Source: Arenicellales bacterium
GTDB lineage: Bacteria; Pseudomonadota; Gammaproteobacteria; Arenicellales; JAHEKD01
DNA length: 64,000 nucleotides
Assembly (NCBI GenBank): GCA_965215945.1
Contig: CBDCFC010000025.1
Coordinates: 214,805 to 278,804, forward strand
Reading direction: 5' to 3'
This document shows, piece by piece, positions 1 to 8,638 of the stretch. A model generated the notes under the pieces. It saw only the letters and a program-made list of their open reading frames with translations, made no database searches and had not been told where the DNA came from. How positions within the stretch are numbered: position 1 is the first letter of the stretch; every line of letters begins with the position of its first letter. The translations under genes and the position numbers were made by a program.

Positions 1-740
1 GAAGCGGCGAACCTCTACTCTTAATTCACGGCATTGGTGGGCTAAGAGCCTTATGGCGGTTTATGTTGCCAGAATTGAGCAAGCATTTCACAGTTATTAC
101 CTATGATTTGAGAGGGCATGGTGAATCGTCTGTTCCAGATCAGGAATTCGGACTTGATGAATTAGTCGCTGATTTAGAGCGTGTCAGAGAACGTGCTGGC
201 TTTGAGCAAGCGCATTTTGCCGGTCACTCATTGGGCGGTATGATTGGTCCGGCTTACGCCAGAAAATATCCTGATCGAGTTTTAAGCCTGGGGTTGTTTT
301 CTACCGCAGCAGGCAGAACCGAGGAGGATAGTAAAAAAGTTTGGGGAGTTGTTAAAGCCATGGAGGAAAAGGGAATTCCGCAGGTTTTACCGACACTAGT
401 AGATCGCTGGTTTACCGATGAGTTTGTGGTTGCCCATCCTGAAATGGTCGAAAACAGACTTCAGCAGGTTTTAAATACTGATCCAGATGTATTCATGAAT
501 GTATTCAGAATTTATGCAGGCACAGAAATGTTACCCTGGCTTGATGAAATTAAGGTGCCGTCGCTAGTGCTGACTGGTGAAAATGATGGCGGCTGTAATC
601 CAAGGCTTAATCAACTTATCGCAAGCACGTTACCGAACTCTGAATTAGTAATTCTACCTATGTATAAACATTCTATTCTGGCCGAAGCGCCTAAAGAAGT
701 TGCGAAGCATTTAATCGATTTCATTACTCGACATTGTTAA
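1..740 (+). CDS. alpha/beta-fold hydrolase (3-oxoadipate enol-lactonase-like); 5' end lies outside the window
   Basis: The frame is open back to position 3 (SGEPLLLIHGIGG precedes the listed Met). It has an HG oxyanion motif and a GHSLGG nucleophile elbow. Confidence 0.8.
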   Translation, partial: SGEPLLLIHGIGGLRALWRFMLPELSKHFTVITYDLRGHGESSVPDQEFGLDELVADLERVRERAGFEQAHFAGHSLGGMIGPAYARKYPDRVLSLGLFSTAAGRTEEDSKKVWGVVKAMEEKGIPQVLPTLVDRWFTDEFVVAHPEMVENRLQQVLNTDPDVFMNVFRIYAGTEMLPWLDEIKVPSLVLTGENDGGCNPRLNQLIASTLPNSELVILPMYKHSILAEAPKEVAKHLIDFITRHC

Positions 741-1309
741 AGTATGAGTTCATGCTCCTGTATGTACTCAAGGCTCTGATTGCTCCAATTAAATTCGTAA
801 GCTCGGTTATGGGTAATGTTGACAGTGTGATCTGATTTCATATCCCAATCGGTTGCCAGACTCAGTGCAGCCCGAATTACGCCTCGATGAGTGATAACAC
901 CTATACGATTATAGTCATCTGATAGTGTGTCAAGCCAGGTTTGTAGCCTTGACCTGACCTGACGAGGTGATTCACCACCTGGTGGACATAAATCCAGGCC
1001 TTGACCGTCAAGCCGTTTAACTAACTCTGGATTAGTTTGTCGAATATACTTTAGTGTCTTTCCCTCCCAGTCTCCCCAATTCGCTTCAATTAATTCAGCT
1101 ACTATTGTTTGGGGTCTAAGCTGATGTAAATAAGCTGTCTGAGTCGCCCGACCTAAAGGGCTGACAAACCAATGTTCAATATTCTTAGGGATACGCCAAG
1201 CGGACACCTGTTCTATACCATCGTCAGACAGTGGAATATCAGTATGGCCTTGATATTTTTTAACCTTATTCCAGTGCGTTTCACCGTGACGGATAAAAAA
1301 TATTTTCAT
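737..1309 (-). CDS. histidine phosphatase family protein (phosphoglycerate-mutase-like)
   Basis: N-terminal RHGETHWN catalytic motif. The start overlaps the upstream GT stop by 4 nt (ATGA), which suggests translational coupling. Confidence 0.8.
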   Translation of the reverse strand: MKIFFIRHGETHWNKVKKYQGHTDIPLSDDGIEQVSAWRIPKNIEHWFVSPLGRATQTAYLHQLRPQTIVAELIEANWGDWEGKTLKYIRQTNPELVKRLDGQGLDLCPPGGESPRQVRSRLQTWLDTLSDDYNRIGVITHRGVIRAALSLATDWDMKSDHTVNITHNRAYEFNWSNQSLEYIQEHELIL

Positions 1310-2436
1310 TGGTCTGCAATTGCCTGTTCGATGATTTGATTGATCTGTCGACTGGCAAATTCGAATGAATGTTGTTGCAAAAACTTTTTACGAGCAGCTT
1401 GTGACATTGTGGCTCTAAGCATCTTATGTTCGATCAGATTTTTTATAGCAGCAGTAAATTCATTTTTTAGTTTAGGGTTGGTGACATAACCCGTTTTCTC
1501 ATTCTCAACAATGCTCGACACCCCACCGAAATCCTGCGCGATAACGGGTAAACCATAAGCCTGTGCTTCGAGCAAGGCTAAACCAAAAGCTTCGTTAATG
1601 GCCGGCCAAACAAACACATCACTGACCGAAAGCCAGTTATATATAAAGCCATGATCGAGTTCTCCTAGAAATAGGCAATGATCCGCGACTGATGAAAAAA
1701 GATTTTTGATTTTATCACCAGCCCGTCCATCGCCAATAATAATTAGCTGCCAATTAGTTACACTTAATCGTGAGATTGTTTTTGCAAGTTGTTGATAAGA
1801 TTGTAATTTATCGCCCTCGCGCATCATGGCAACTGTAATCAACCACACTTTGCTTCCATCCAATTTATGTGTCTTTGCAAAGTCGTTTCGTAATTGTTTT
1901 TTATCTTTAGGTATTTTAGGTGTGTTGCCCAGGAAGGGTTTTAAGTATTCGAGTTTTTGCGACTTATTTAAAAGAGATTTTATGCATTCTATGTCATTGG
2001 GGTTTAAGCAAATGATTGTCTGACTTGCTTTAATACACTTCAAAGTTTGTTGGTGACCCATGTCCCAAATTCCATCCGCTTGCTTGGGCGCGTAAGAGGC
2101 TTCGGTGATAATGTAAGGGATTTTAAAATGGTCAGCTAACTCAACGCCGATCCAGTCAGGCGCCTTGTGATAGAGATGATAAGTAAAAATTAAATCTGGT
2201 GGAGCTTGGCTTGAGTAGTATTGTTTCAATCTTAAGATTTCTTTATCCGCTTGTAGTCGGATTTTTATTTGAGCTTCGTTCGAGCCCGTTCCGTCCCAGC
2301 TACGCAATTCTGATAACAGCTCAACGTCGTATCCGCTGTTTTCTAACACCTTGGTTAATAACCTTGCCATTGCCCGATCACCGGAGGGCACTTCATGGTT
2401 AGGTGATTTTAATGGTGCATAAAATCCTATGTGCAC
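1306..2436 (-). CDS. glycosyltransferase, GT4/group-1 type
   Basis: 376 aa. The C-terminal half reads EAFGLALLEAQAYGLPVIA, typical of the GT-B group-1 fold. The N-terminus has YAPLKSPNHEVPSGDR. Confidence 0.8.
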   Translation of the reverse strand: MHIGFYAPLKSPNHEVPSGDRAMARLLTKVLENSGYDVELLSELRSWDGTGSNEAQIKIRLQADKEILRLKQYYSSQAPPDLIFTYHLYHKAPDWIGVELADHFKIPYIITEASYAPKQADGIWDMGHQQTLKCIKASQTIICLNPNDIECIKSLLNKSQKLEYLKPFLGNTPKIPKDKKQLRNDFAKTHKLDGSKVWLITVAMMREGDKLQSYQQLAKTISRLSVTNWQLIIIGDGRAGDKIKNLFSSVADHCLFLGELDHGFIYNWLSVSDVFVWPAINEAFGLALLEAQAYGLPVIAQDFGGVSSIVENEKTGYVTNPKLKNEFTAAIKNLIEHKMLRATMSQAARKKFLQQHSFEFASRQINQIIEQAIADQ

Positions 2437-3650
2437 TATTTAAATCTCTCAATCAGATTTTGAATATTAGTCTCAAGCGAGAACTTGTTAACCACAGTTT
2501 CATGGCCCTTCTCGCCTAGTTTTTGGCGAAGCTGAGGCGATTCAATCAGTTCAATTAGCGCGGCAGATAACTGCTTTGGTTTCTCCGGTTCAACTAACAG
2601 ACCATTTTTTCGATCTGTGATCAATTCAGGTATTCCCGAAATATCGCTGGCAATGCAGGCTAGTTTTTGGGTCATCGCTTCCATCAAGACATTTGGTAAG
2701 CCATCTCTATCACCATCCTTGCTTATTCGAGAAGCCAAGACAAAGATGTCTGCGGCTTGGTAATGTTTAATCACCTGCTTGAAATTTTGGGCCCCAAGCC
2801 AGTTGATTTTGTGGTCTATTTTTAAAGCCTTTGCTTGTTCTCTTAGATTATCTAACAACGGGCCACCGCCGATGTGAGTAAAGCTCCAATGAATGTTATC
2901 CGGCAATGCTGCAAGTGCGTTTAGCAAGACATCATAACCTTTTTTGCTGACGGTACGACCAACTGAAATTATTTGAACCGGTCTGCTGGCATCTGAACCA
3001 TCGATATTATCGAAAGCAGTTGCTTCAGGGAAGCGCGATAAATCAAGACCATGATATAACAGCGAAACTTTGTTCGGATCAGGGCTTAATGCCTTTAAGT
3101 GTTCAGTGTTTGAACGGGTACAAGTCACCAACCATTTAAGTTCTGCCAGTTTTTCTCGGCTATCCCAATCTTTTGAAGTCCAGATGTCTTTAGCATGTGC
3201 CGAGCAACTCCAGGGAAGTTGGGTCATATAGGAGGCATAACGGGCAACTGAAGCTGGAGTGTGTAAAAAATGCACATATAGCCATTCACGATCAGGTTTT
3301 ATTTCCTGTGCCAGGACCAGAGCCTGGCCAAAACGCCGAATTCTATTTGGGCTCAAATCACGTGCTAAATCTTTCAGAAATTTAGGCAAAACTTTATAAA
3401 ATTGTTTATTGAATAATGCTTTGAGTAAGGCGGTCGTCACTTTGACAGGATGTTGATAAAGATACTCAGGCAAATAGTGGACTCTGGCCTTGATTTTTTC
3501 ATGAACCGGATGAACCGAGGAATCAGTAGGGTGTCTTAATGAGTAAATAATAATGTCGACGCCGGCTTGTTCGAGCGCAAGAATTTCCTGGGCAATAAAC
3601 GTTTCAGACAGGCGTGGATAACCTTTAACAATACAGGCGACTTTTTTCAT
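2436..3650 (-). CDS. glycosyltransferase, GT4/group-1 type (WcaL-like N-terminus)
   Basis: 404 aa. It starts KGYPRLSETFI and has C-terminal GLPNVLMEAMTQKLACIASDISGIPELI. Its stop abuts the next GT start at 2436. Confidence 0.8.
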   Translation of the reverse strand: MKKVACIVKGYPRLSETFIAQEILALEQAGVDIIIYSLRHPTDSSVHPVHEKIKARVHYLPEYLYQHPVKVTTALLKALFNKQFYKVLPKFLKDLARDLSPNRIRRFGQALVLAQEIKPDREWLYVHFLHTPASVARYASYMTQLPWSCSAHAKDIWTSKDWDSREKLAELKWLVTCTRSNTEHLKALSPDPNKVSLLYHGLDLSRFPEATAFDNIDGSDASRPVQIISVGRTVSKKGYDVLLNALAALPDNIHWSFTHIGGGPLLDNLREQAKALKIDHKINWLGAQNFKQVIKHYQAADIFVLASRISKDGDRDGLPNVLMEAMTQKLACIASDISGIPELITDRKNGLLVEPEKPKQLSAALIELIESPQLRQKLGEKGHETVVNKFSLETNIQNLIERFK

Positions 3651-3669
3651 GCGGTGGGATCATTCAGAC

Positions 3670-3698
3670 TTGGGTAATATCAGTGCTGGTGCTAGTAT
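3670..3698 (+). promoter_or_regulatory. candidate sigma70-like promoter of the ABC gene
   Basis: TTGGGT (3670-3675), a 17-nt spacer, then TAGTAT (3693-3698). Only 6 nt separate the -10 from ATG 3705 and no Shine-Dalgarno is visible. Confidence 0.25.
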
Positions 3699-3704
3699 CA
3701 AACC

Positions 3705-6395
3705 ATGATGACCGTTGTAGAAACCGTGGTTGAAAAAAACAAGGTGGATGAAAACAAAATAGAACCGTCCATTTATCGCTATATTCTCAAGCATACCAAG
3801 AAAGATCAGCTGTTGCTGCTATTGTTAACGGCTATTTCCATGCCGTTTGTTTATGCTTCCCTAGAAGTACCCAAAGTTATTATCAACAGTGCATTGGGCG
3901 GTGTCGATATTCCCGAACAAATTCTGGGTTACCCGATGGATCAGGTTAAATATCTGTTTTTTCTTTGTGCACTTTTTTTAGTTCTCGTATTGACAAACGG
4001 CGGGCTTAAATACGTGATCAATGTCTACCGAGGTGTGTTGGGTGAACGGATGCTGCGCCGTTTCCGGTTTGATTTATTTGCACGTTTGCTGCGATTTCCG
4101 ATTCCACGTTTCAAGCAGGTTTCCCAAGGTGAAATCATCCCCATGATCACTGCCGAAACGGAGCCTTTAGGTGGCTTCATTGGCGATGCCTTCGCCTTGC
4201 CGGCCTTTCAGGGCGGATTGTTGCTGACTTATTTGTTTTTTATTTTTAACCAGGACTTCTTGCTTGGCCTGGCGGCGATTGCGCTGTATCCGCCACAGCT
4301 TTATATCATCCCAAAATTACAACGGCGCGTTAACGAACTTGCCAAACAAAGAGTACAGGCGGTTCGAACGTTTTCCGATAAAGTCGGTGAAACTGTTTCC
4401 GGCATTTCGGATGTCCACATTAACGCAACGTCCAACTATGAAAAAGCCCACGCCTCGAGTCGTTTAGCCAGAATTTATGATATTCGCTTTAATATTTATA
4501 AAAAGAAATTTTTTATTAAGTTTCTGAATAATTTCCTGGCTCAATTAACGCCTTTTTTCTTTTACGGAATCGGTGGTTATTTTGTCATCACCGGAAAACT
4601 GTCACTCGGTGCATTAGTCGCCGTGCTGGCGGCGTATAAAGATTTGGCCTCACCCTGGAAAGAATTGCTTAAGTACTATCAAATCACCGAGGATGTCAGG
4701 GTCAAATACAAACAAATTATCGATCAGTTCCAAACGGACAAAATGCTAAAGCCATCGTTGCAGGAGCAGCAAGCGGAGACTGGTTATTTCCAAGATTCTT
4801 CAGTTCAAGGTACATCACTCAGCTACAGTGAAGATGAATTTGTTAAGTCTCTAGATGGCGTGAATTTTGAAATTAAAGCGGGGGACCATGTTGGTATTCT
4901 GGGTTTGGGTGGGAGCGGCCGTGGTGTATTGACGCAGTTAGTGGCGAGATTGGTTCAGCCAAATTTTGGCAGCATAAGAATTTCCGGCCAAAACATTGCA
5001 GAATTGCCCGAATCAATGCTGGGAGTGAACATTGCCTATATCGATCAACGATCCTATGTGTTTACCGGTACAGTCAGAGAGAATCTTTTATACGGTCTAA
5101 AAACCAATCCCCAAACTCAAGTCGAGTATTCCGGTGCCGAACAGCAACAACGGCAGAAATATATAGATGACTCTAAAGCGGCAGCGAATTCGATTGACGA
5201 TGTACAGGCGGACTGGGTCAACATCAAAGCCACAGGTGCTGAAGATCTGCAATCCTTTAATCAATATTTATTTAAGACATTACAGATTGCTGGATTGGAA
5301 AACGATGTCTATCAATTGGGCTTATACAGCTCAATCAATGCTTCTGATTATCCTGATTTAGCCCAGGGTATTCTGGACGCAAGGCAAAAGTTGCGACAAC
5401 AATTGCAACAGGATGACTATTCAGAACTGGTCGAGATTCTGGATGCAACTCGATACAACACCAATATGACGGTGGCCGAAAACCTGTTGTTTGGTATGCC
5501 CGTTGAAAGCGGTGTCAGACTGGACAATTTATTGAGTAACCCAGTGATCGACCATGCCATTGAGCAAGCTGATTTAAAAAAATCTCTGTTGGAGAAAGGA
5601 CATCAGGCTGCCAAGGTTATGGTGGATCTTTTTTCTGATGTGCCGGAAGGCAGCCCGATGTTTGAGCGATTCAGTTTTGTCAGTATTGATGATTTGCCAA
5701 ACTTGGCCAGATTATCTAACACTTCTGATGAGTCGTTAGACTCGATTAACAGCGAAGATCAACAGGTATTAATTAACCTGGCATTTAAGTTGAATGTGGC
5801 CAGACATCGCTTGGGTTTAATCACGCCTGAGATCCAGCAAAAAGTGATCAATGCACACGCAATATTGAAAGAAAAGCTGGGCGAAGAAAATGATTTAATT
5901 GAATTCAATAGTGATACAAAAGTTTCCAGCTATTTAACCGTTCAGGATAATATTTTGTTTGGTCGGGTTGTTTACGGACAGGCCAATGCCAACCAGAAAG
6001 TCGGTAAATTAATTCAGAATATGATTGACGAACTGGGGTTGAAAGAAAAAATTATCGAAGTCGGTCTGGATTATTCAGTTGGAGTGGGCGGAGCAAAGCT
6101 AACTTCGGTACAGCGGCAAAAACTCACTATCGCCAGGGCATTAATAAAAAACTCGCAAATCCTGATTGTTAATGAGGCCACGGCAATTTTTGAAGGAAAA
6201 GTTGAAAAAGCGATGATTGAACGAATGCTTGATCTAATGCAGGGTAGAACAGTATTCTGGGTGTTAGATAACACCGATCACATGGATAATTTTGATACAT
6301 TACTGGTTTTGGATAAGGGCAAGCTGGTTGCTGAGGGCAGCGTAGCTGAAATCAAAAACCAAGCCGAAATTATGGATAGGCTTTCACAAGGATAA
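3705..6395 (+). CDS. ABC exporter-type fused permease/ATPase-like protein with degenerate nucleotide-binding motifs and an expanded NBD
   Basis: 896 aa. The N-terminal half is hydrophobic and looks like a TMD. The C-terminal half has a Q-loop-like DQRSYVF, GLGGSGRGV at the Walker A position, LTSVQRQ at the signature position and ILIVNEAT at Walker B. Confidence 0.75.
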   Translation: MMTVVETVVEKNKVDENKIEPSIYRYILKHTKKDQLLLLLLTAISMPFVYASLEVPKVIINSALGGVDIPEQILGYPMDQVKYLFFLCALFLVLVLTNGGLKYVINVYRGVLGERMLRRFRFDLFARLLRFPIPRFKQVSQGEIIPMITAETEPLGGFIGDAFALPAFQGGLLLTYLFFIFNQDFLLGLAAIALYPPQLYIIPKLQRRVNELAKQRVQAVRTFSDKVGETVSGISDVHINATSNYEKAHASSRLARIYDIRFNIYKKKFFIKFLNNFLAQLTPFFFYGIGGYFVITGKLSLGALVAVLAAYKDLASPWKELLKYYQITEDVRVKYKQIIDQFQTDKMLKPSLQEQQAETGYFQDSSVQGTSLSYSEDEFVKSLDGVNFEIKAGDHVGILGLGGSGRGVLTQLVARLVQPNFGSIRISGQNIAELPESMLGVNIAYIDQRSYVFTGTVRENLLYGLKTNPQTQVEYSGAEQQQRQKYIDDSKAAANSIDDVQADWVNIKATGAEDLQSFNQYLFKTLQIAGLENDVYQLGLYSSINASDYPDLAQGILDARQKLRQQLQQDDYSELVEILDATRYNTNMTVAENLLFGMPVESGVRLDNLLSNPVIDHAIEQADLKKSLLEKGHQAAKVMVDLFSDVPEGSPMFERFSFVSIDDLPNLARLSNTSDESLDSINSEDQQVLINLAFKLNVARHRLGLITPEIQQKVINAHAILKEKLGEENDLIEFNSDTKVSSYLTVQDNILFGRVVYGQANANQKVGKLIQNMIDELGLKEKIIEVGLDYSVGVGGAKLTSVQRQKLTIARALIKNSQILIVNEATAIFEGKVEKAMIERMLDLMQGRTVFWVLDNTDHMDNFDTLLVLDKGKLVAEGSVAEIKNQAEIMDRLSQG

Positions 6396-6397
6396 CG

Positions 6398-7456
6398 ATG
6401 CAGTATAGAAAACTCGGTCACACTGACATTGAAGTCAGTTTAATTTGCCTGGGATCAATGACCTGGGGAGAGCAAAACTCCAGAGAACAAGCCTTTGAGC
6501 AGCTCGATTTCTCACTAGAACACGGCATCAATTTCATTGACACCGCAGAAATGTATGCTGTACCACCGCGCAAAGATACCTATGGCCTGACCGAGCAATA
6601 TATCGGTGACTGGTTCAAGCACAGCGGCAAACGCAGCGAAGTTATTCTGGCAACAAAAGTCATGGGAAGGGCCGCGCGTTTTCCTTATGCGCGCCCGCAT
6701 TTACATGATGGTGAAACCCGGCTGGATAAGCAAAGCATATTTGAAGCTTGTGATGCAAGTTTAAAACGGTTACAGACCGATTATATTGATCTTTACCAAC
6801 TGCATTGGCCGGACCGGCAAGTCAATCTATTTGGTCAGTTAGGTTATGTCTATAATCCTGATGACGATCCTGTACCGTTATTGGAAAGTCTTGAAGCGCT
6901 GAATGAATTAATCCAAGCCGGCAAGATCAGATATATCGGCCTATCCAATGAAAGTCCCTGGGGAACCATGGAATGCCTGCGGCTGGCCGAGCAACATGGT
7001 CTGCCCAGAATAGTTTCGGTTCAAAACCCGTATAACTTGCTTAATCGCGCCTATGACTTTGGCATGGCTGAAGTTTCCTGCCTGGAAAAAGTTGGATTGT
7101 TAGCATACTCTCCATTAGCCATGGGCGTGTTGTCTGGTAAGTATGAAAACGGCGCCCGACCCAAAGGTTCACGCATGCAATTGTTTGGCGATTACTTCAC
7201 TAAATATATTTCTGCTGATGTGATGGCTGTAGTCAATCAATATGTCACCATCGCCCGAAAACACGGCCTCGACCCGGCGGTGATGGCACACGCTTTTGTC
7301 AATCAACAGCCATTCACTACCAGTAATATTATCGGTGCAACCAATATTGATCAGATCAAATCGGCACTTGATTCTGTTGAAACCGAATTATCAACTGAAG
7401 TATTAGCCGATATTGCCCGGGTTCATGCAAGGTTTCCCCACCCGTTGAGTATGTGA
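6398..7456 (+). CDS. tas: NADP(H)-dependent aldo-keto reductase, Tas-like
   Basis: 352 aa, collinear with E. coli Tas as I recall it (MQY...LGSMTWGEQNS, DTAEMY, LQTDYIDLYQLHWPDR, IRYIGLSNE). It starts 2 nt after the ABC stop. Confidence 0.85.
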   Translation: MQYRKLGHTDIEVSLICLGSMTWGEQNSREQAFEQLDFSLEHGINFIDTAEMYAVPPRKDTYGLTEQYIGDWFKHSGKRSEVILATKVMGRAARFPYARPHLHDGETRLDKQSIFEACDASLKRLQTDYIDLYQLHWPDRQVNLFGQLGYVYNPDDDPVPLLESLEALNELIQAGKIRYIGLSNESPWGTMECLRLAEQHGLPRIVSVQNPYNLLNRAYDFGMAEVSCLEKVGLLAYSPLAMGVLSGKYENGARPKGSRMQLFGDYFTKYISADVMAVVNQYVTIARKHGLDPAVMAHAFVNQQPFTTSNIIGATNIDQIKSALDSVETELSTEVLADIARVHARFPHPLSM

Positions 7457-7487
7457 TTTTTCGATTGAATTTATATTAGTTAGTTAT

Positions 7488-7516
7488 TTGAAAATATGTC
7501 AGAATTGACATATACT
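7488..7516 (+). promoter_or_regulatory. candidate promoter plus palindromic operator of the toxin-antitoxin operon
   Basis: TTGAAA (7488-7493), a 17-nt spacer, then TATACT (7511-7516). The spacer region carries the perfect inverted repeat ATATGTCA-GAAT-TGACATAT (7494-7513). ATG 7524 lies 7 nt after the -10. Confidence 0.45.
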
Positions 7517-7523
7517 GTTTCTT

Positions 7524-7859
7524 ATGAGCCCAAGAGACAAGGATGTTGTTTGGTTACACGGCGAGGTAAAGACACCGCCATTTTCACCTGAAGCCCGAAT
7601 AGAGGTAGGCTTTCTGCTAAGAAGACTACAAATGGGTGAGAATTTGAATATGCCACATTCCAGGCCTTTGCCGGGTATTGGGAAGCGATGTCACGAATTA
7701 CGAATTAATGACGGAGACGTGACTTGGAGAATTGTCTATAAAATTGATCCTGATACTATAGTCATTCTCGAGGTATTTGATAAAAAAACTAATAAAACAC
7801 CTAAGCAAGTCATAAATGTATGTAAAGATAGATTGAAAGATTATGATGAAATCAGCTAA
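7524..7859 (+). CDS. type II toxin, RelE/ParE superfamily (phage Gp49-like, HigB-like)
   Basis: 111 aa in a toxin-first arrangement. It overlaps the downstream HTH gene by 17 nt. The WRIVYKIDPDTIVILEVFDKKTNKTP segment is typical of Gp49-like toxins. Confidence 0.75.
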   Translation: MSPRDKDVVWLHGEVKTPPFSPEARIEVGFLLRRLQMGENLNMPHSRPLPGIGKRCHELRINDGDVTWRIVYKIDPDTIVILEVFDKKTNKTPKQVINVCKDRLKDYDEIS

Positions 7860-8163
7860 ACGGAAAAAATTAGAAGCTAAAGGTTGGCGAGTCGGCACGA
7901 CCGCTGATTTTCTGAATCTAACACCTGAAGAACAGGCATTCATAAATATGAAACTATCTCTAAGCAAACGCCTTAAAGAAATGAGACGACGAAAACACCT
8001 AAGCCAAGTCGATTTTGCAAGAATGATTAAATCCAGTCAGTCCAGGGTAGCAAAAATGGAAGCAGGAGAAGCCTCGGTATCAATCGATCTGCTTATTAAG
8101 TCATTACTGGCCTTGGGTGCTTCACAACAAGATTTGGCGAAAACAATATCTGCTAAATCTTAA
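7843..8163 (+). CDS. XRE-family helix-turn-helix antitoxin (HigA-like)
   Basis: 106 aa. It carries the HTH segment LSQVDFARMIKSSQSRVAKMEAG and overlaps the toxin gene. Confidence 0.75.
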   Translation: MMKSAKRKKLEAKGWRVGTTADFLNLTPEEQAFINMKLSLSKRLKEMRRRKHLSQVDFARMIKSSQSRVAKMEAGEASVSIDLLIKSLLALGASQQDLAKTISAKS

Positions 8164-8216
8164 AAAACAAAAATGGACTCGAAAAAATTGAGTCTAAGCC
8201 TAATTAATGTTTTTTA

Positions 8217-8576
8217 TCATACCTGCACCCAAAAATGCTTGCTCTCTTCATGAACCGCCTGGTCTGGTTTAGGAAATTCCGGATCAGCGAATGAACCAAC
8301 AGCAACGGCTACGAATTCTGGTTTGCGTTCAGGCTTCCAGTAAACTGTTGAACCACAGTTTGGGCAAAAATAAAAGGATACTTTATATCCATTATCACTA
8401 GTACGCTCATAGCAACTAGCATTGCCTGTAATTTCCACCTTCTCACAAGCGAAGAAAGCCGCAATCCCGTAAGTGCTGCCAGTTCGTTTCTGACACTCTA
8501 AGCAGTGACACAAAGAAACGAGGCTTGGCTCGTCAAAACACTTGACCTTTATTCGTGGACAAGAACAAGTTGCTAT
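8217..8576 (-). CDS. GFA/CENP-V family (glutathione-dependent formaldehyde-activating-like) protein; the start codon is problematic
   Basis: CHCLECQKRTGS plus CPNCGS zinc-Cys motifs. The conserved N-terminal CSC lies upstream of the listed TTG start. The only codon at the expected start is ATA (8574-8576), 3 nt downstream of an AAGGAA Shine-Dalgarno. Confidence 0.6.
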   Translation of the reverse strand: MATCSCPRIKVKCFDEPSLVSLCHCLECQKRTGSTYGIAAFFACEKVEITGNASCYERTSDNGYKVSFYFCPNCGSTVYWKPERKPEFVAVAVGSFADPEFPKPDQAVHEESKHFWVQV

Positions 8577-8638
8577 TCGTTCCTTAATAATATTCTCCGG
8601 TTTTCTATTTGCTCGAATGAAGTATTTGTTAACGTTTG

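Noticed and set aside
737-740. Convergent genes sharing the overlapping stop codons TTAA (hydrolase on plus, histidine phosphatase on minus).
   Set aside because: The overlap is real but a trivial consequence of compact gene packing. No regulatory inference is justified.
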